Below are positions 1 through 12,437 of a DNA stretch of 36,802 nt, one piece after another (within the stretch, counting starts at the first letter, position 1; each line of letters starts with the position of its first letter). The notes under the pieces were generated by a model. That model was not told the origin of the DNA, searched no databases, and saw only the letters and a program-made list of their open reading frames with translations. A program made the position numbers and the translations under genes. Source of the stretch: Phoronis australis (lineage: Eukaryota > Animalia > Phoronida); contig NMRA01000018.1 of NCBI GenBank assembly GCA_002633005.1, positions 840,275 through 877,076 on the forward strand, in the 5' to 3' direction.

Positions 1-1355
1 ATTTGGCGCCCACACCGGTGGTTTCCAGGTTCCACCAGTTTGGTGGCCCCGGCGCCCATATGGGGCCCTCTCGGCCACCCTCCTTCAGCTGGAGGATCAG
101 CTGCCCTTCCCTGAACCCTACTTGCTTCGCACCTGATCACGTGTCACCCTGGTCCCCAAGCCTCCAGATGACTGTGATCGGATTAGTCATTTGAGGCTTG
201 GTTTTGGGAAATACCTCCTGCGCAATGGTTGTCCGCAGCTTCACGTCATTAAAACAAAGGCAGATTTTATTTATTTTCACAAGCGTTGTTGCTGCCATCC
301 ATGAAGCAGAAGGCATTGTTTTTGGTTATTGTATGAAATAAAGGTTGTTAGCGGACTTCTTTTCAATTCCTTTTTATTAGTATCATAGAATGTAATATGT
401 TTTCGAATCAAAATATATCATTTTTGCAATAATTTAGACCGAAACTGCTGCAATATACCGTTAGTTTTCACTTTTATATTCTACTGCAAAAATTTCGAAG
501 TTGATATAACTTTATTTTACTTGTGATATTCCGTCGATTTCCGTAAAAATTTGGCAGAATTCTGACACATTTCATTTCCCATAACCAAGCCTATATGTAA
601 ACCGATCATTGCCATCTTCAGGCCTGGGGAAGAGGCTAATCATGTGTGAGTCAAGAAAAGTCAAGTTCACACCAAGACACGAAGCCCACAGTCTGACCAC
701 CCCTCAAGCTGTAATGGGCTATTCCGTAACGCAAGGGATCAACAGAAGGACAACTTGCCATGGCGTAAATGGTGTTGCGAATACAATAGTACACGACCGA
801 AAGAGTCGACACTGCCTGTCTAATCTCATTTTGAATATACCCGCATTTAGGCCGAGCAAGCACAGCAATGTAGATTTTCTGAACGCTTTCATCTTAATTA
901 AATCTGATATGTTATAAATAATTATTACAACGTGGGTTTTAAACAAAGAGTCGATTCTACGTCGAACACAAAGATATCTTTTCCACATAAATTCGCCGCT
1001 CATCAGGAACATACACTTTCTGTTCATGAAATCAACTCGTGACCTAGCTGTGGCTAATTTTACACCATCCGTGTGACGTCAGCAGCAGCAGAATGTAGGT
1101 CGAGGTGCTTGGTCAAGATTCTCCATCGAATCGTGAGTGGCGCGTTTATATAAATTTTATTCGATTACGGATTGTGTATTAGTTATGGGGTAGGTACTTC
1201 TTGGATCCTTATAACATCCTCAAACCATGTAATAAGGACTTTGACGAAATGAAGACAGTTGCAATAATGCCAGTCGCAGAAAATTCTGCGCGGCGGTTTA
1301 TGGGAAGATCGTGGGATAAAAGCACATGTAGCTCTTACACGTTTCCTATATATAA

Positions 1356-1382
1356 CTAGCTGGAGCCCGTGCTTCGCCGGTA
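1356..1382 (-). mobile_element. Helitron-like 3' terminus (GC hairpin + CTAG|T)
   Basis: Minus strand reads CCGGCGAAGCACGGG-CTCCAG-CTAG|T. An imperfect GC hairpin a few nt before CTRR, followed by target T, is the canonical Helitron 3' end. The extent of the element is unknown. Confidence 0.6.
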
Positions 1383-1939
1383 AATAATTTAATTTATTCA
1401 AGGAAGAGTAGTTTTTAATCACACTAATTTTGTGCCAAATCTTATATGTTCATTTTTTTTCCACATCGGCGCAAAGCTACATATATTTAGTAGGTACGCT
1501 TTGCACCAAGAAGAACACTGACTACGTAGCATGTCACACATGAAAGCATGAATGCCGTTCTAGATGAGATCAATCTTATTTGATAACTGGAAAACTTTTA
1601 GCCATTAAAAGAAAAGTAGCATGTCATTCTATACCATTCCAACGAGGCAAAGTGTTAACATCGGCACCAGTTTCGAAACACTCAGTCAAGTTCAATGACT
1701 GTCATCTCGGTTGACTTAGCTAAACACCTGATCTGATGCGGGACAAAGTGTACAAATGCCTGTCAAAGATACTGACAGGGTTTGCATCAATCCCAATGAC
1801 GTCAGCATCTGTCGTGTTTTTTTACTGTTGAAAAGGAGTTGTTTATCTGACATGGCTTGACTTCAATATGGCGCTCCCCAGATTGCGAAGCTATTTTGTG
1901 CAACTTCACGTAGCTGCTTTGATTTTGGAGTTTAATTAA

Positions 1940-2246
1940 AGGAGCATGCCACCCAAAAAACAACCTAATTTGTATCAGTTTAGATCAAGTAGTTCTGCTC
2001 CATAACGACAAGTGTGGTTGCGTTACCTGACACCTGACGGCAGACGGAGGTGTTGATATTATCCAATTACGTCATCGGATTCACACGCATTCTGTTCAGC
2101 AGTTCACAACACGGGTTACTGGTGTCAGCTTATCACTTGGAATCATCGTTTAGCACCAATAAATCATCAACTCGATGTAAAACCCTTAAAAATACACCGA
2201 GTTCTTACAAAAACGTGTTGTTTTATTTCGCTCTTACGGATTTATT
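1940..2246 (-). mobile_element. Kolobok terminal fragment (solo end of the same family as 22693-26979)
   Basis: TTAA (1936-1939) is followed by AGGAGCATGCCACCC. About 300 bp align by eye as the reverse complement of 26670-26979. Confidence 0.8.
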
Positions 2247-2445
2247 GGTATTTGGACTGTTGGCTACAATTCATATACAAGGCGTATGTCAGCTTTGGCT
2301 CGTTGCTCGAGGAGTTTGCTGAAAAAGATGCCACGAAACTGATTTAATTGTGTTTTTGAATGAGAAAAGCCAAGTTTTACCTACTTTTGATGCAAACCGG
2401 TGGCTGTCATTTGCTATCAACCTCTGTCGTCTGCCGTCCGAGAAA

Positions 2446-2817
2446 CCGGGTGCGTGAACAAGACTGCAGCCTATTTCTTACTGCTTTCTTCGCTACACAC
2501 ATGAATGTTGTCGTGTTGTTCATAATCGCCGCTTTCACCACCATGATTGCCGTCGTCGTCGTCCTCCCCATCGTCGTCTTTTCGATTAATTTCGCCAAGT
2601 GTCGCTCCTCCGAGCGCTCTCGCACTGTTGCCAGTTCACCGGGTGCGTGAACAAGACTGCAGGCTACAAGTTCTTACTGATTTGTTTCCTCTAGTCGCAT
2701 GAATGTTATCGTGTTGTTCATAATCTCAACCTTCATCGTCATCATCGTCGTCGTCGTCCTTCCCATCGTCCTGTTTTCGCGTAATTTCACCAAATGTCGC
2801 TCCTCCGAGCGCTCTCG
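2446..2817. repeat. Two-copy tandem duplication, ~193-195 bp unit, with GTC/ATC triplet tracts
   Basis: CCGGGTGCGTGAACAAGACTGCAG starts at 2446 and 2639. TGTCGCTCCTCCGAGCGCTCTCG ends at 2622 and 2817. Confidence 0.9.
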
Positions 2818-3104
2818 TTTTTTTACTTTTTCCACTCGCATTTTCAGAGTCCACCGGGGCAGGTCGCCGGGAACATCGTCTTGCTAGCATCTCCTGCAGC
2901 ACAAGTATGGCCAAGTAATTGAAATTGACACTTTTCAACTCTGAACTCTACCACAGCCTCTCATACTACGCAAAAAAAAATTATTCTTCAATAGAATCAT
3001 AATTTTCTTGAAGTTTTAAGAACCAAATCCTGGCCTTGTTCACACCTCAAATTGAAATAACAGGTGCTCTACACATGACATTTTGTTAGACCCATTTATA
3101 CATA

Positions 3105-3130
3105 TCTATATACCAATAACGGAATTCCGC
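3105..3130 (+). mobile_element. Possible Helitron 5' terminus
   Basis: A|TCTATATACCAATAA resembles the typical A|TC-TATATA start of non-autonomous Helitrons. No matching 3' end was identified. Confidence 0.35.
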
Positions 3131-4670
3131 ACAAAGTCGAAGCATTTCGACGCTTTTTAATTCATGAAAAATTAGTTATGGAACACGTAACCTACACCAT
3201 ACACAAGATTTTTCTCGTGAAGTTGCACTGCATCAGTCGAGCGCATCGGTGCACATAAATGCTTCGCGGATGATTTTGACAGGAAGTTTTTCAATCGTTC
3301 CGAGTTGCAAAAGTTTGATCAGCGCGAAAAATGGATGGTGTTTGAGCTTAGATTAATATTGTTTCCATCTTCAATTACTTTGATGACATTCGTATGGCAG
3401 ATAAGTCCTGAAATTTGTGTAGGTATTTTTCAACGTTCATTTTCACCTATTCCAAATTGCGTTAGGTAGTCGAACACAGGTATCGGTTAGAGAGCGCCGA
3501 TTTTTTTTTGCGCCACTTCGGGCCTGTGTACTCCAATACCAAAGGTCATACAGTGACTTCCAGGCTCAGCGGGTTGATATCGCTATTTCTAAGGTGAAGT
3601 AAGCTTAATGGGCTTCAGGGAGCATACCCTGGACACGATATTATCACTGATCTGATGAGGCCTTTGTCCGGTCGGCGGGTGTAGGCAATAAAGAACGGTA
3701 ATTAAGTCCCATCAGTTAGTGGAATTATAGTTGACTGCACAATCAAATCAACCGACATGAATTACACCTATCTCAAACAAAACTTGGCCGATTTTTGAGG
3801 AATAAGTTCTATACTCATATTTTTATTAGAAATTCAAATGTTGGCTCTGCTGCCGTTCACAAAAAGGGCGAAAATGAGATCAAACGCTCTTCAGGCAACT
3901 GTAATCTTAACACTAAGAGTTCTAATCGAACGGAAGGACATGTCAGAGGTTTTCTGACCGCCTGCCAACTCCGGAAGGTCTATTACGTAATGTAAGCGCT
4001 CACACCTCGATCCAGTTTGAGGCTCGTGGGACCTTTATCGCCTCCGAACGTTTAAATGGCAAGAAGAAGCGTGACTTCTCAAAACAGGTCACGGTGAACA
4101 CTAGACACGATCGCCGGACGTGTGATTATCGACAGGTGAAACGGCCAAAGAAAACCGCCAAGTAAAAAAGCCGAGCGTCCGCCCCCCTCCGTTGTGGCGA
4201 GTGAGGTAAATTTCCTGCTGGTATTTTCGATCGTGTACTTGCCTATATCGAGTCCTGGTAAGCCATGATAATTCCGCAAAACCTAGAGATTCTCTTCAAC
4301 TTTGGATTTGTAATGACAGACAAGGTCAAGTACGATGTCACATGTGTCGTAAGCAGTAGTTGTCAAACAAAACGAGTAATTCCAAAGAGGCGTGAAGGTG
4401 CACCCCGGTAACAACCGCAACCCAAAATCTGAAAGTTTGCTCTTTTGACGAGATTCTCTAATACTGGATCTGAAAACATATCAGACTGAGTTCAGTCTAT
4501 TCACGGCATCCAGGGATCATTTAAAAATGAAACATTTCCAAATATAAGGTAGTGGCCTATCTGAAAATAGGACAATACCTTTTAGGGTACAAGGGGTTTT
4601 CTGCCAATCAATCCTGACCATAAGCGTTCACGTATATAAAGATCTGGACTTGACTGTTCGAGGTTAATAT

Positions 4671-4982
4671 CATGCGCGCACCCAGGGGGCTCGGGGAGCC
4701 CGAACGAGCCCCCCCCCATTTGGCGAAGTGGGCAAAAAGGTCCGCCCCTGAGAGACAAAATGTCCGAGGAAATGGGACAATAGTCCAGCAAATAAGCGCA
4801 AACGCGCAGTTCACNGTGCGGCAATCTAACCGTTACCTTCTGAGGAAACATTAATGCGTGAATCCTAAAACAGACACGTCGGCGGCCGGTCAAAATTTAA
4901 TGTTGACACCGGCGTTTTCTTTTTTGTTCTTTTTTTGGGGCCGTAGGTTGGACCGAGCCTCCAAGTTCTATATACGCCAATG
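4671..4982. mobile_element. Degenerate hAT-like GC-rich MITE
   Basis: Starts CATGCGCGCACCCAGGGGG with G/C runs and ends TATACGCCAATG (loose CAT...ATG TIR). No TSD seen. Confidence 0.3.
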
Positions 4983-5450
4983 AGTTCAAACATAGTTTTC
5001 ATAAAATGCAAGTTACCTGGGACAAAGTTAAACTACTCTCTAGAAAATAACACTGTTTTTTGTCGTTGGAGTGTCGTGTCCTTATAAACGTAATTTTAAG
5101 GATTCGCTTTAGTAGCATAATCTTCCTGTCGCTGCTTTCCATCTATTATGACTATAACTCAAAACACTTGGTATACCTACTGTACATGTATGTTATACAA
5201 GCAACAAAGACTAGGCCCACAAACTTGTGTCCCTGTATATGGGAGCCTAACTGAACGATTTAAAGGTGCAGCGGGATCGTGGGGCGACAACTGTAAAGTG
5301 GTTGATTAACTCTAGATATTTCTATCCTTTTGCCCGCAGTAAGGCTCCACGTTCCATCATATCAAGAAGACAATAATATTAGTACAGTATTCCTCATAAC
5401 ATGGATCTCGTCTGCCATGCCTAGCAACTCGAGTTGACAGTTCGGGGATT

Positions 5451-5542
5451 TTTTGTTTCGTTTATGTATCTGGGGTCCCGAATAAACTATCAGATCCTTT
5501 TGTTTCGTTTATGTATCTGGGGTCCCGATGAACGATCAAATC
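5451..5542. repeat. Tandem duplication, 47-bp unit x2
   Basis: TTTTGTTTCGTTTATGTATCTGGGGTCCCGA occurs at 5451 and 5498. Confidence 0.9.
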
Positions 5543-6504
5543 ATGAAGACTGTGATCAGTTCATGCCAGTAATCAGTTATTGAAACGTAGGGACGAGTTT
5601 GCACGAGACCGGTCCCAAAATCACTGAGTCGCGACGGTGTTAGAACTCGTCCCCACGAATTACTACATATATAGTATTTACAGTGAAATCACCACCTAAT
5701 ATCAGTAATGAATGCCTCATTAAAAACTCAGACTGGTGTAAAAACAATGCCGCTACTTTCCACCATTCTACAGTTTAATTTGTTCAGCTATCGTATGAGA
5801 TAGACCATTACCTGAAAGTAGAAAATCTTGTGATTTTAAATGAAAAAATAACAAAAATCAGGTCCATACAAGATATTTTAACTAACAATATTAAATTATA
5901 CATTAGAAAATTCTTTTTCACTCACTAATTTGATGCAGGAACTTCGTTTCGTCCTAGAAATTGAAGTACAATCATTTATCTGCTGTTAAATAAAGCCTTC
6001 AGTGAGAAATTAATATTTATGACTTCGCTATCTATGAATATATAAATATTCATTGATTTTTGTCAGCAACTTTGCTAACACTACGGTAGCACTAGTACAG
6101 TGGACTTAGTGTCACCTATTACGTCGTTTGTTCTCAACATATATAGATATACTGCAATAATAGTTTACTTCTTTACAATCTTGCGGTGTGCTGGTGACAG
6201 GGGTTATTATCCCTGGTAAAAGTCGACGATAAGTAACCCAGCCTTGAGGCCCACTCCTGTCCTACTTTTCTCTCCAGTCGCGCTACGATTCCAAGTTGAT
6301 TATACTTTTTGTTAACCGCTACCGCCCTTTTCAAGCTTATTCAGTTGAAGCAGTTTGAAAACCTAAATTTATCACTTGTTTAGTGTAAACTCCAAAAACG
6401 TACCAGTGCCAAAAATGAATTGGCTATCATGAAGACGTGCGTTTCATGTCAGTAGTCTACATGTATACAGTCAACTCCGTAAGTATCTGAATGAGGATGT
6501 CAAT

Positions 6505-8047
6505 AGACCCTATTCACGCCGACAGGAGGCGCATTCCAAAACGAGGCTCGCTACGATAACTCTGTTAGCTTATCGGCATATAGTTCTGTGTTTCAGACCG
6601 TCGCGAACGGCTAGAAAAAATACGGACACGCAACTGTCTGCTTCACAATATCTAAAGACGTTGAAATTCGGAGCGTTGGGTCGTTGCCGAGACGAAGCTA
6701 AAATATGTCCGTATAAAATTTATAAATGTTTTCGAAAAGTTAGATCATATTTTGTCGCATGAGTCGGTCTGTTATTAAGCCTCATAGTAACGACCGGAGA
6801 ATGGGCCAGCCAGGCTGTGTTTTCATGACTACGGATTTAGGGGGGNNNNNNNNNNNNNNNNNNNNNNNNNNNNNNNNNNNNNNNNNNNNNNNNNNNNNNN
6901 NNNNNNNNNNNNNNNNNNNNNNNNNNNNNNNNNNNNNNNNNNNNNNNNNNNNNNNNNNNNNNNNNNNNNNNNNNNNNNNNNNNNNNNNNNNNNNNNNNNN
7001 NNNNNNNNNNNNNNNNNNNNNNNNNNNNNNNNNNNNNNNNNNNNNNNNNNNNNNNNNNNNNNNCTCTCTGAGTTCACATCACCTGTAACCACACAGGTGA
7101 CAATTTTTAAGAGCACAAAAGGCTACTTTAAATTGAGGCAGAGCCTATGAGAGCTTGCAACAGGGCGGGGGTGCTATTGATGGTGATCGGGAGGTAGATT
7201 GTTCCCGCCCTCACTCGGCGAAAAAATCGCCACTCAGTAGGCACTGGCACCGTTCCCCTCGGATGAAAGAGGCTCCTGCAGAAACATGATAACTATGATT
7301 GCATTGTCCAGTTAACTGAAATTGAGTTCTAAAACGATGTTATGTTTTGGACGAACGAATTAGGTGTTTTAATTTTAAAATTCAACTTGGTCCAGGTTGA
7401 TATTTGAAATCTAACACATGAAATAGACGTAAGAATTATGGTCAAATAATTTTAATTTCAATTACGAGCCTGGTTTTTTATTTAATAAAAATATATTTAA
7501 TAACATCAATTATTCTTTCAGACCAATGACAAATCAACTGTTAGTCCCAGTGAATGCATAGGATCAGGCTATGCTTGATGTTAATATTCTTGATCAACAA
7601 ATTAAACCAGATGTAACTAATTGCACATGACAGACACCACTGTCGAATATGTCTTCAACTCGTCAACAATACGAGCAGACGACCTGGTCCGCGTAGAAAG
7701 TATTTTAATAAACAATTTACAAGAAAAAACGTAACCCTGCATTCAGCATAATACCTAATCCGTAACACTACGATCGCCGAAATTTGGTCATATTTACTTT
7801 TCATGTTTCGAACCTAGTTTTCCGAAAAAAAATAAACCCTTTCGTCAGACAACTCTTTGGCGCCTGAACTTGTTCTCTAATGTAATTTTCTACGTCCCTG
7901 TGGTTAATTGTCGACTCATCATTAACATTTAATATCCAGGTTGGACTCGAAAGACCGGCTATTTAACTCACGCAATGTCTACTTTGGCTTGGTTTATCGC
8001 AGTGAGCCTCGCTTTGGATCTTAATGGCCGCCGCGTGAATAGGGTCT
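6505..8047. mobile_element. Non-autonomous TIR element, ISL2EU/Harbinger-like (AT TSD), spanning an assembly gap
   Basis: AT|AGACCCTATTCACG...CGTGAATAGGGTCT|AT gives a perfect 14-bp TIR. Looser pairing extends ~55 bp (CCAAAACGAGGCTCGCTACGATAA / TTATCGCAGTGAGCCTCGCTTTGG). Confidence 0.7.
6846..7063. other. Assembly gap (N run)
   Basis: Run of N. Confidence 1.
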
Positions 8048-8065
8048 ATGGTCAAAAATCTGGGT

Positions 8066-8165
8066 AGAGTTCAGTAGCTGTCACGAGGCTAGCCAAAATC
8101 ACGTGCTCTCACTTAAAATACGCGGCAATATCTCGCGTAATCTCGCGAAGCCTTGCTTTTTTATC
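8066..8165 (-). repeat. Copy of the small element nested at 18356-18499
   Basis: Reverse complement AAAAAGCAAGGCTTCGCG...GAGATATTGCCGCGTATTTTAAGTGAGAGCACGTGA matches 18386-18440. Confidence 0.7.
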
Positions 8166-9690
8166 AGAAAGGAGAACTTGACCAAGCACCCTTTGTATGA
8201 CCTACAGTACATTCTACAGTTGTTTGATGTCACACGGATGGCGAGCGATTTGCCACAGGTCACGAGACTGACGTTCATGAACCAGGAAGTGTACTGTACA
8301 GTGTATGTCCCTGATCTCAGATGACGAATTTGACGGATTTTCGGAGGCCGGAAAGAAGAGTCTTTGTGTCCGACGTAGAATCGACCCTTTGCTTAAAGAC
8401 CCGCTTTTAAAAGAAATATTAATAACATATGGGAAGTAAGGTAAAGCGTTCGGAAAATCTACGATAACCAGACAAGTCGGTCATATAAGCCGATTTTTTG
8501 CTGTTCAATCGACAAGTTTTTCATATGCCACTTAACATTCACCCAATAAACTTTTTATTTTCAACAAAATAAGTGTTGGAGTTGTAACAAATACTCCTTA
8601 AGTGTTTTTGTCACCTGTTATGCAGGTGAACTAGGATGACGAAAATTACTGCTTCGTGTCAAAAATGCATAAATGTTTTACTAACACAAACGTAAAAAAT
8701 GACAGTTCTGTTGTTTTCGTAGATGAATTTGTGCTATTTGTTCAGCTGCTAAATGCGACCTTCGCCATTGTTCTCGCGCCCAGTCTTAGCCAACTCTCTA
8801 GCTACGGAAGTAGCCTACGATCCAAAGTGCACGTCTAAAAATAGATGGCCTGATTCCAAAGACACATGCAGCAGGAATCATGACTTGGCGAAGAGATATT
8901 TCTTTGTTCCATGCGTGTTGGTGTAAGCAGATATGATTGAGAATTGCAAAGTTCGTGAAGTAATTTACATTGCTCTAGAAGTTTACTAGATTATGACAAT
9001 GACTCGTTTGCCAAACGGAATAAACAGTTTCGAATAAAATTCAAAAAGTGGTAGAGGTGACATGATTGAGGGCGAGAACGGTCAACACAATAACTTTTAG
9101 CTTGTTTATTAAGGCCAGAAAGCATAATTGGTTCATGACTCTTTTTTAACATGAAGGTTACCCAAGCCGATGGGAGATATCACCGGATACCACAAAGCCA
9201 ACTGAAAGTTCGCATGCAACTCGTGTCGTAATATTACTCAGTCAATTTATTTTTATCAGCATAATAGAATATACATTTGGCTCATAGTGACTACACCTCT
9301 TGATGGCCATGTTAGTTTTCAACTGGTGTTAAATAATATTAATGTCTTAGTTTAGTGTCCAGATATAAAGACCAGCAAGAGACCACTGTGGATTGGTTGA
9401 AAACACGAGTGAGTAAGTGAAACACCATGTTCAATCCATGTCCCAAACAACTGAATGGATGACTGACGAAATAATCTAATGAATTTACAAATAAAACTGA
9501 CACCACTAAATTTTTTAAGAATAATTAAGCCACTCATTGTTATCTTTGAATTATTCTTGGGAAACCAAAAAACTCCAATGAAATAGACTAATGCCTGACC
9601 AGCTGACAGCGCAACAACTGAAGAATGTTTATGTAGCCTGTAAAAGTGTTCACTTCGTAATGCAGTTATGTAACTTTCACTGGTGGAGTA

Positions 9691-10245
9691 CAATCAATCA
9701 ATCTCTTTATTTATAGTCAGTTTGACAAAACAGACAAACACTAGCCGAAGGCTAATATCACCGACTGTGAATAATAACATAAAAAGCATAAAATAAAATA
9801 ATGAACAATAAAATAATGATATAACAAAACATATAACAAGATCAGAAAAAACTCATATTAATAAGATATCATGAAAGTATGGCATGCACACACATACACA
9901 CCAGATTTAAAATCTGCATACCCCGCACCTGCACGGTGGTTCTGTCCAAGATTTAGTAAAAGTCTTAAAAAGTTTATAGTCCATGAACTTGGACTCATTT
10001 GGAAGAGAGTTCCAGAGTTTAGCACCGTACACTGATAAAGAGTTTAAACCTTGGCACACTGTTCGACAATGTTTCACACGTAGCACAGATTGTGAGATTT
10101 CTTACGCAGATTATAATGAGACGCTTTTTCCTCAAAGAGGTCCCACATGAAAGGGGGTGACAAGTGATGATATGATTTGTATACCTCTAGAAGGATCGCG
10201 CGCTTTCTAGACAGTTGTACCCTTTGGACAGATAATTCTTGCCAG
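9691..10245 (-). mobile_element. 5'-truncated CR1/L2-group LINE (ORF2 C-terminus, 3' UTR, microsatellite tail)
   Basis: Minus translation: LEVYKSYHHLSPPFMWDLFEEKASHYNLR...GLNSLSVYGAKLWNSLPNE...FKTFTKSWTEPPCRCGVCRF* (stop 9907-9909, one frameshift). The tail reads AATAAAGA(GATT)3. Confidence 0.9.
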
Positions 10246-11881
10246 ATGACTATGAAGACTAATTACAATAAAATTCCACAAAGCTAAATGTAGCATGTAT
10301 GTTTGGAACAAGTGTAAAGTCATGACGATCAGCCAGGACAGAGGGGGCTGCATGACTGTGAGCAGGAGGTAGTTTATCAGTATTAGCCTCGCTTTGGATT
10401 TCCTCTCAATATTCCTGAGGTAATATTATGGTAGGTCTATATGGCGTTCAGGATCGAATGAGTTAACTCGAGTTTTGTAGCTCGTAATTATCAAGTGCGA
10501 ACTTGGACTAGAAACTCATGTCTAAACCATAATGTACTGGAGCACATAATAAAAGACTTGAGTTCGCACAAAAGTAAAATGGAAAACGCCGAAAATGAGT
10601 TGGAGTTGGAGTACAAAAATTAGACCACGGGCCATGATCAAAATCCCCACTGGTAGTCGCATAGCTGCACTAACAGGTTGTGACTCGCGAAATTTCAATA
10701 CTAAAAAGGCGAGTCGTTTTCAGTTCCGTCAACTGGCGACAGCAAGTTAACCGATTTTGGGAGAATATTTTTAAACTAACAGGAGTCCACGACACCTCCA
10801 TTTTACCAGTTCATATGAGTTGAGTTGGCCTAAATCTAATATCGCATTTCCAATATTCTGCCACCAGAGACGGTACAGTCCCTCGTAACAATACACCCGG
10901 GTTGGCGACACGTCCCTAGCTACCTACCAATCAATGACAGAGGAGTACCCGGGAGGACTACTAGTTTCATCTGAACAAGAGTAAACTCAGTTTAAACACA
11001 GCTTTATATCGCCATTCGTCTCCTGATAATTATTCATTTTTATTATTACACAAAAACACGTGATTTCCTCCTTCAGTCTAAAATAAGTGGACATGGAAAT
11101 ACAACATTTGACTGAAAAAGTAAGCTGCGATTACCCGACAACCCATTTCATTTTAAACAAAAAAAAACAAATATCGACCTCCAACTTTGAATCAAAGCAC
11201 CAAGTTCTAATCTTTGTTATTAAGACCAAGCGTTTCACCAAGACGAATTAAAACAAACTTCAAATTTGGACAGAGCACAAATGTTCAAGACCTTGAACTT
11301 AAAGGGCTTGCAACACCAGCATTACACGAACAGTTCTCACTGAAAATAGCACAGAAGGCGCATTTAACCTCTCGATCACAGCTTACAAAATGGCTGATCT
11401 GTTACAAACCAGATGGTGTTGGCTTTTGTTACTCACATGTTTACTTGACCTGTTACACCACTTGCCTGTAGATGTACGTAGTCGACGTCCCACAGTTAGC
11501 AATCAGAGTTAGCTGTCTGGTCATCCAATGCTAGACCTCCACGTTAAATGTTATAGCCAGGAGGCGGGTAGATTGTCTTACAATGATTAACTTAATGTGG
11601 CGGTAAATGCCGTAGCGAATGGCAAAACATGAATTTTATGGCAGACCACTTAACAGATATCGGCCTCACTCTCGTTTGGTACGAAAGGCAAGTTTACGAT
11701 TACTCGCACTAACATTCGATCCGCGTCGACCCCTTGACTTGAAATCGTCTACAAATGTGGCTTCCGAACCAAATGTTATGCTCGTTCCTGAACGTCACGT
11801 GTTGGCTTCTTAGCGCCAATCAGGCCAAGGTGAAAGCGAATACTCTGAGCTCAGAACTTAGTAGGCCTATAAGGCCTCCGA

Positions 11882-12437
11882 CTCGCTGGTTCCTTAGCGT
11901 GCCTAGCCAGCACGCGGGTATCACGCTTTAGCATTGGTTGGTGTAAACTCGGAAGTCCTTGGTTAGCTTTACAACAACGTGAAAACATGGCGGACTATGA
12001 ACGATTTTTAGCCTTGCCATGCAAGAGGCGTAGCAGCAACTATTTCGTTTCTGCAGTAGCCACATGCTTGAACCACATATATACACTGAATAAACACATA
12101 TCTGGCCGTGGTGTGGTGTTATTCATACTGTATGAATACAGGAGAGTTTCGTAGACAAAAGTTATAGACAGTAGAAAGATGCGATCCGGAAAGGCACAGC
12201 CACAATTTATGGGATTCAGATTGCCTGAACATAAATTTTAAGCACCGATTTGTCTGTACACAGACCACATTTACACTTGCTCCATCAGTCATGCCAGTTT
12301 GTTTCCGTAAAGCGCTACCTGTTGAGAAATTGACCAGCCAATCAGAAACGCCGGTGTAAAGAAATTTCCAGAGGAAAATTAAGTGATACGTGCGTGCTGG
12401 CTACCGACCTCCTAGCGGCACACAGGGAACCAGCGAG
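11882..12437. mobile_element. MITE with CTCGCTGGTTCC TIR and ~10-bp TSD, copy 1
   Basis: CTCGCTGGTTCC...GGAACCAGCGAG. Flanks AGGCCTCCGA / AAGTCTCCGA match 8/10. The body is homologous to 18056-18804. Confidence 0.8.

Noticed and set aside
590-625. CTGAAGA hammerhead-like core on the minus strand
   Set aside because: No GAAA after the putative stem II.
3-1422. Short ORFs at the window start (and other 60-130-aa ORFs in repeats or antisense to pol)
   Set aside because: No recognisable domains, many non-ATG starts, and overlap on both strands; consistent with chance ORFs.
3645-3700. CTGATGAGGCC hammerhead-like core
   Set aside because: Lacks the conserved CGAAA and stem III.
5259-5275. TTAA|AGGTGCAG Kolobok-like terminus
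   Set aside because: No partner TIR and no homology elsewhere in the window.
7795-7852. CTGACGA...GAAAAC on the minus strand, Penelope-type hammerhead candidate
   Set aside because: Stem II is mostly G-U/T-run pairing and stems I and III are not convincing.
9356-9408. Candidate micro-exon (TTTAG...GTGAGT; VSRYKDQQETTVDWLKTR) and overlapping minus ORF 9352-9693
   Set aside because: No recognisable homology or partner exons; could be chance splice motifs.
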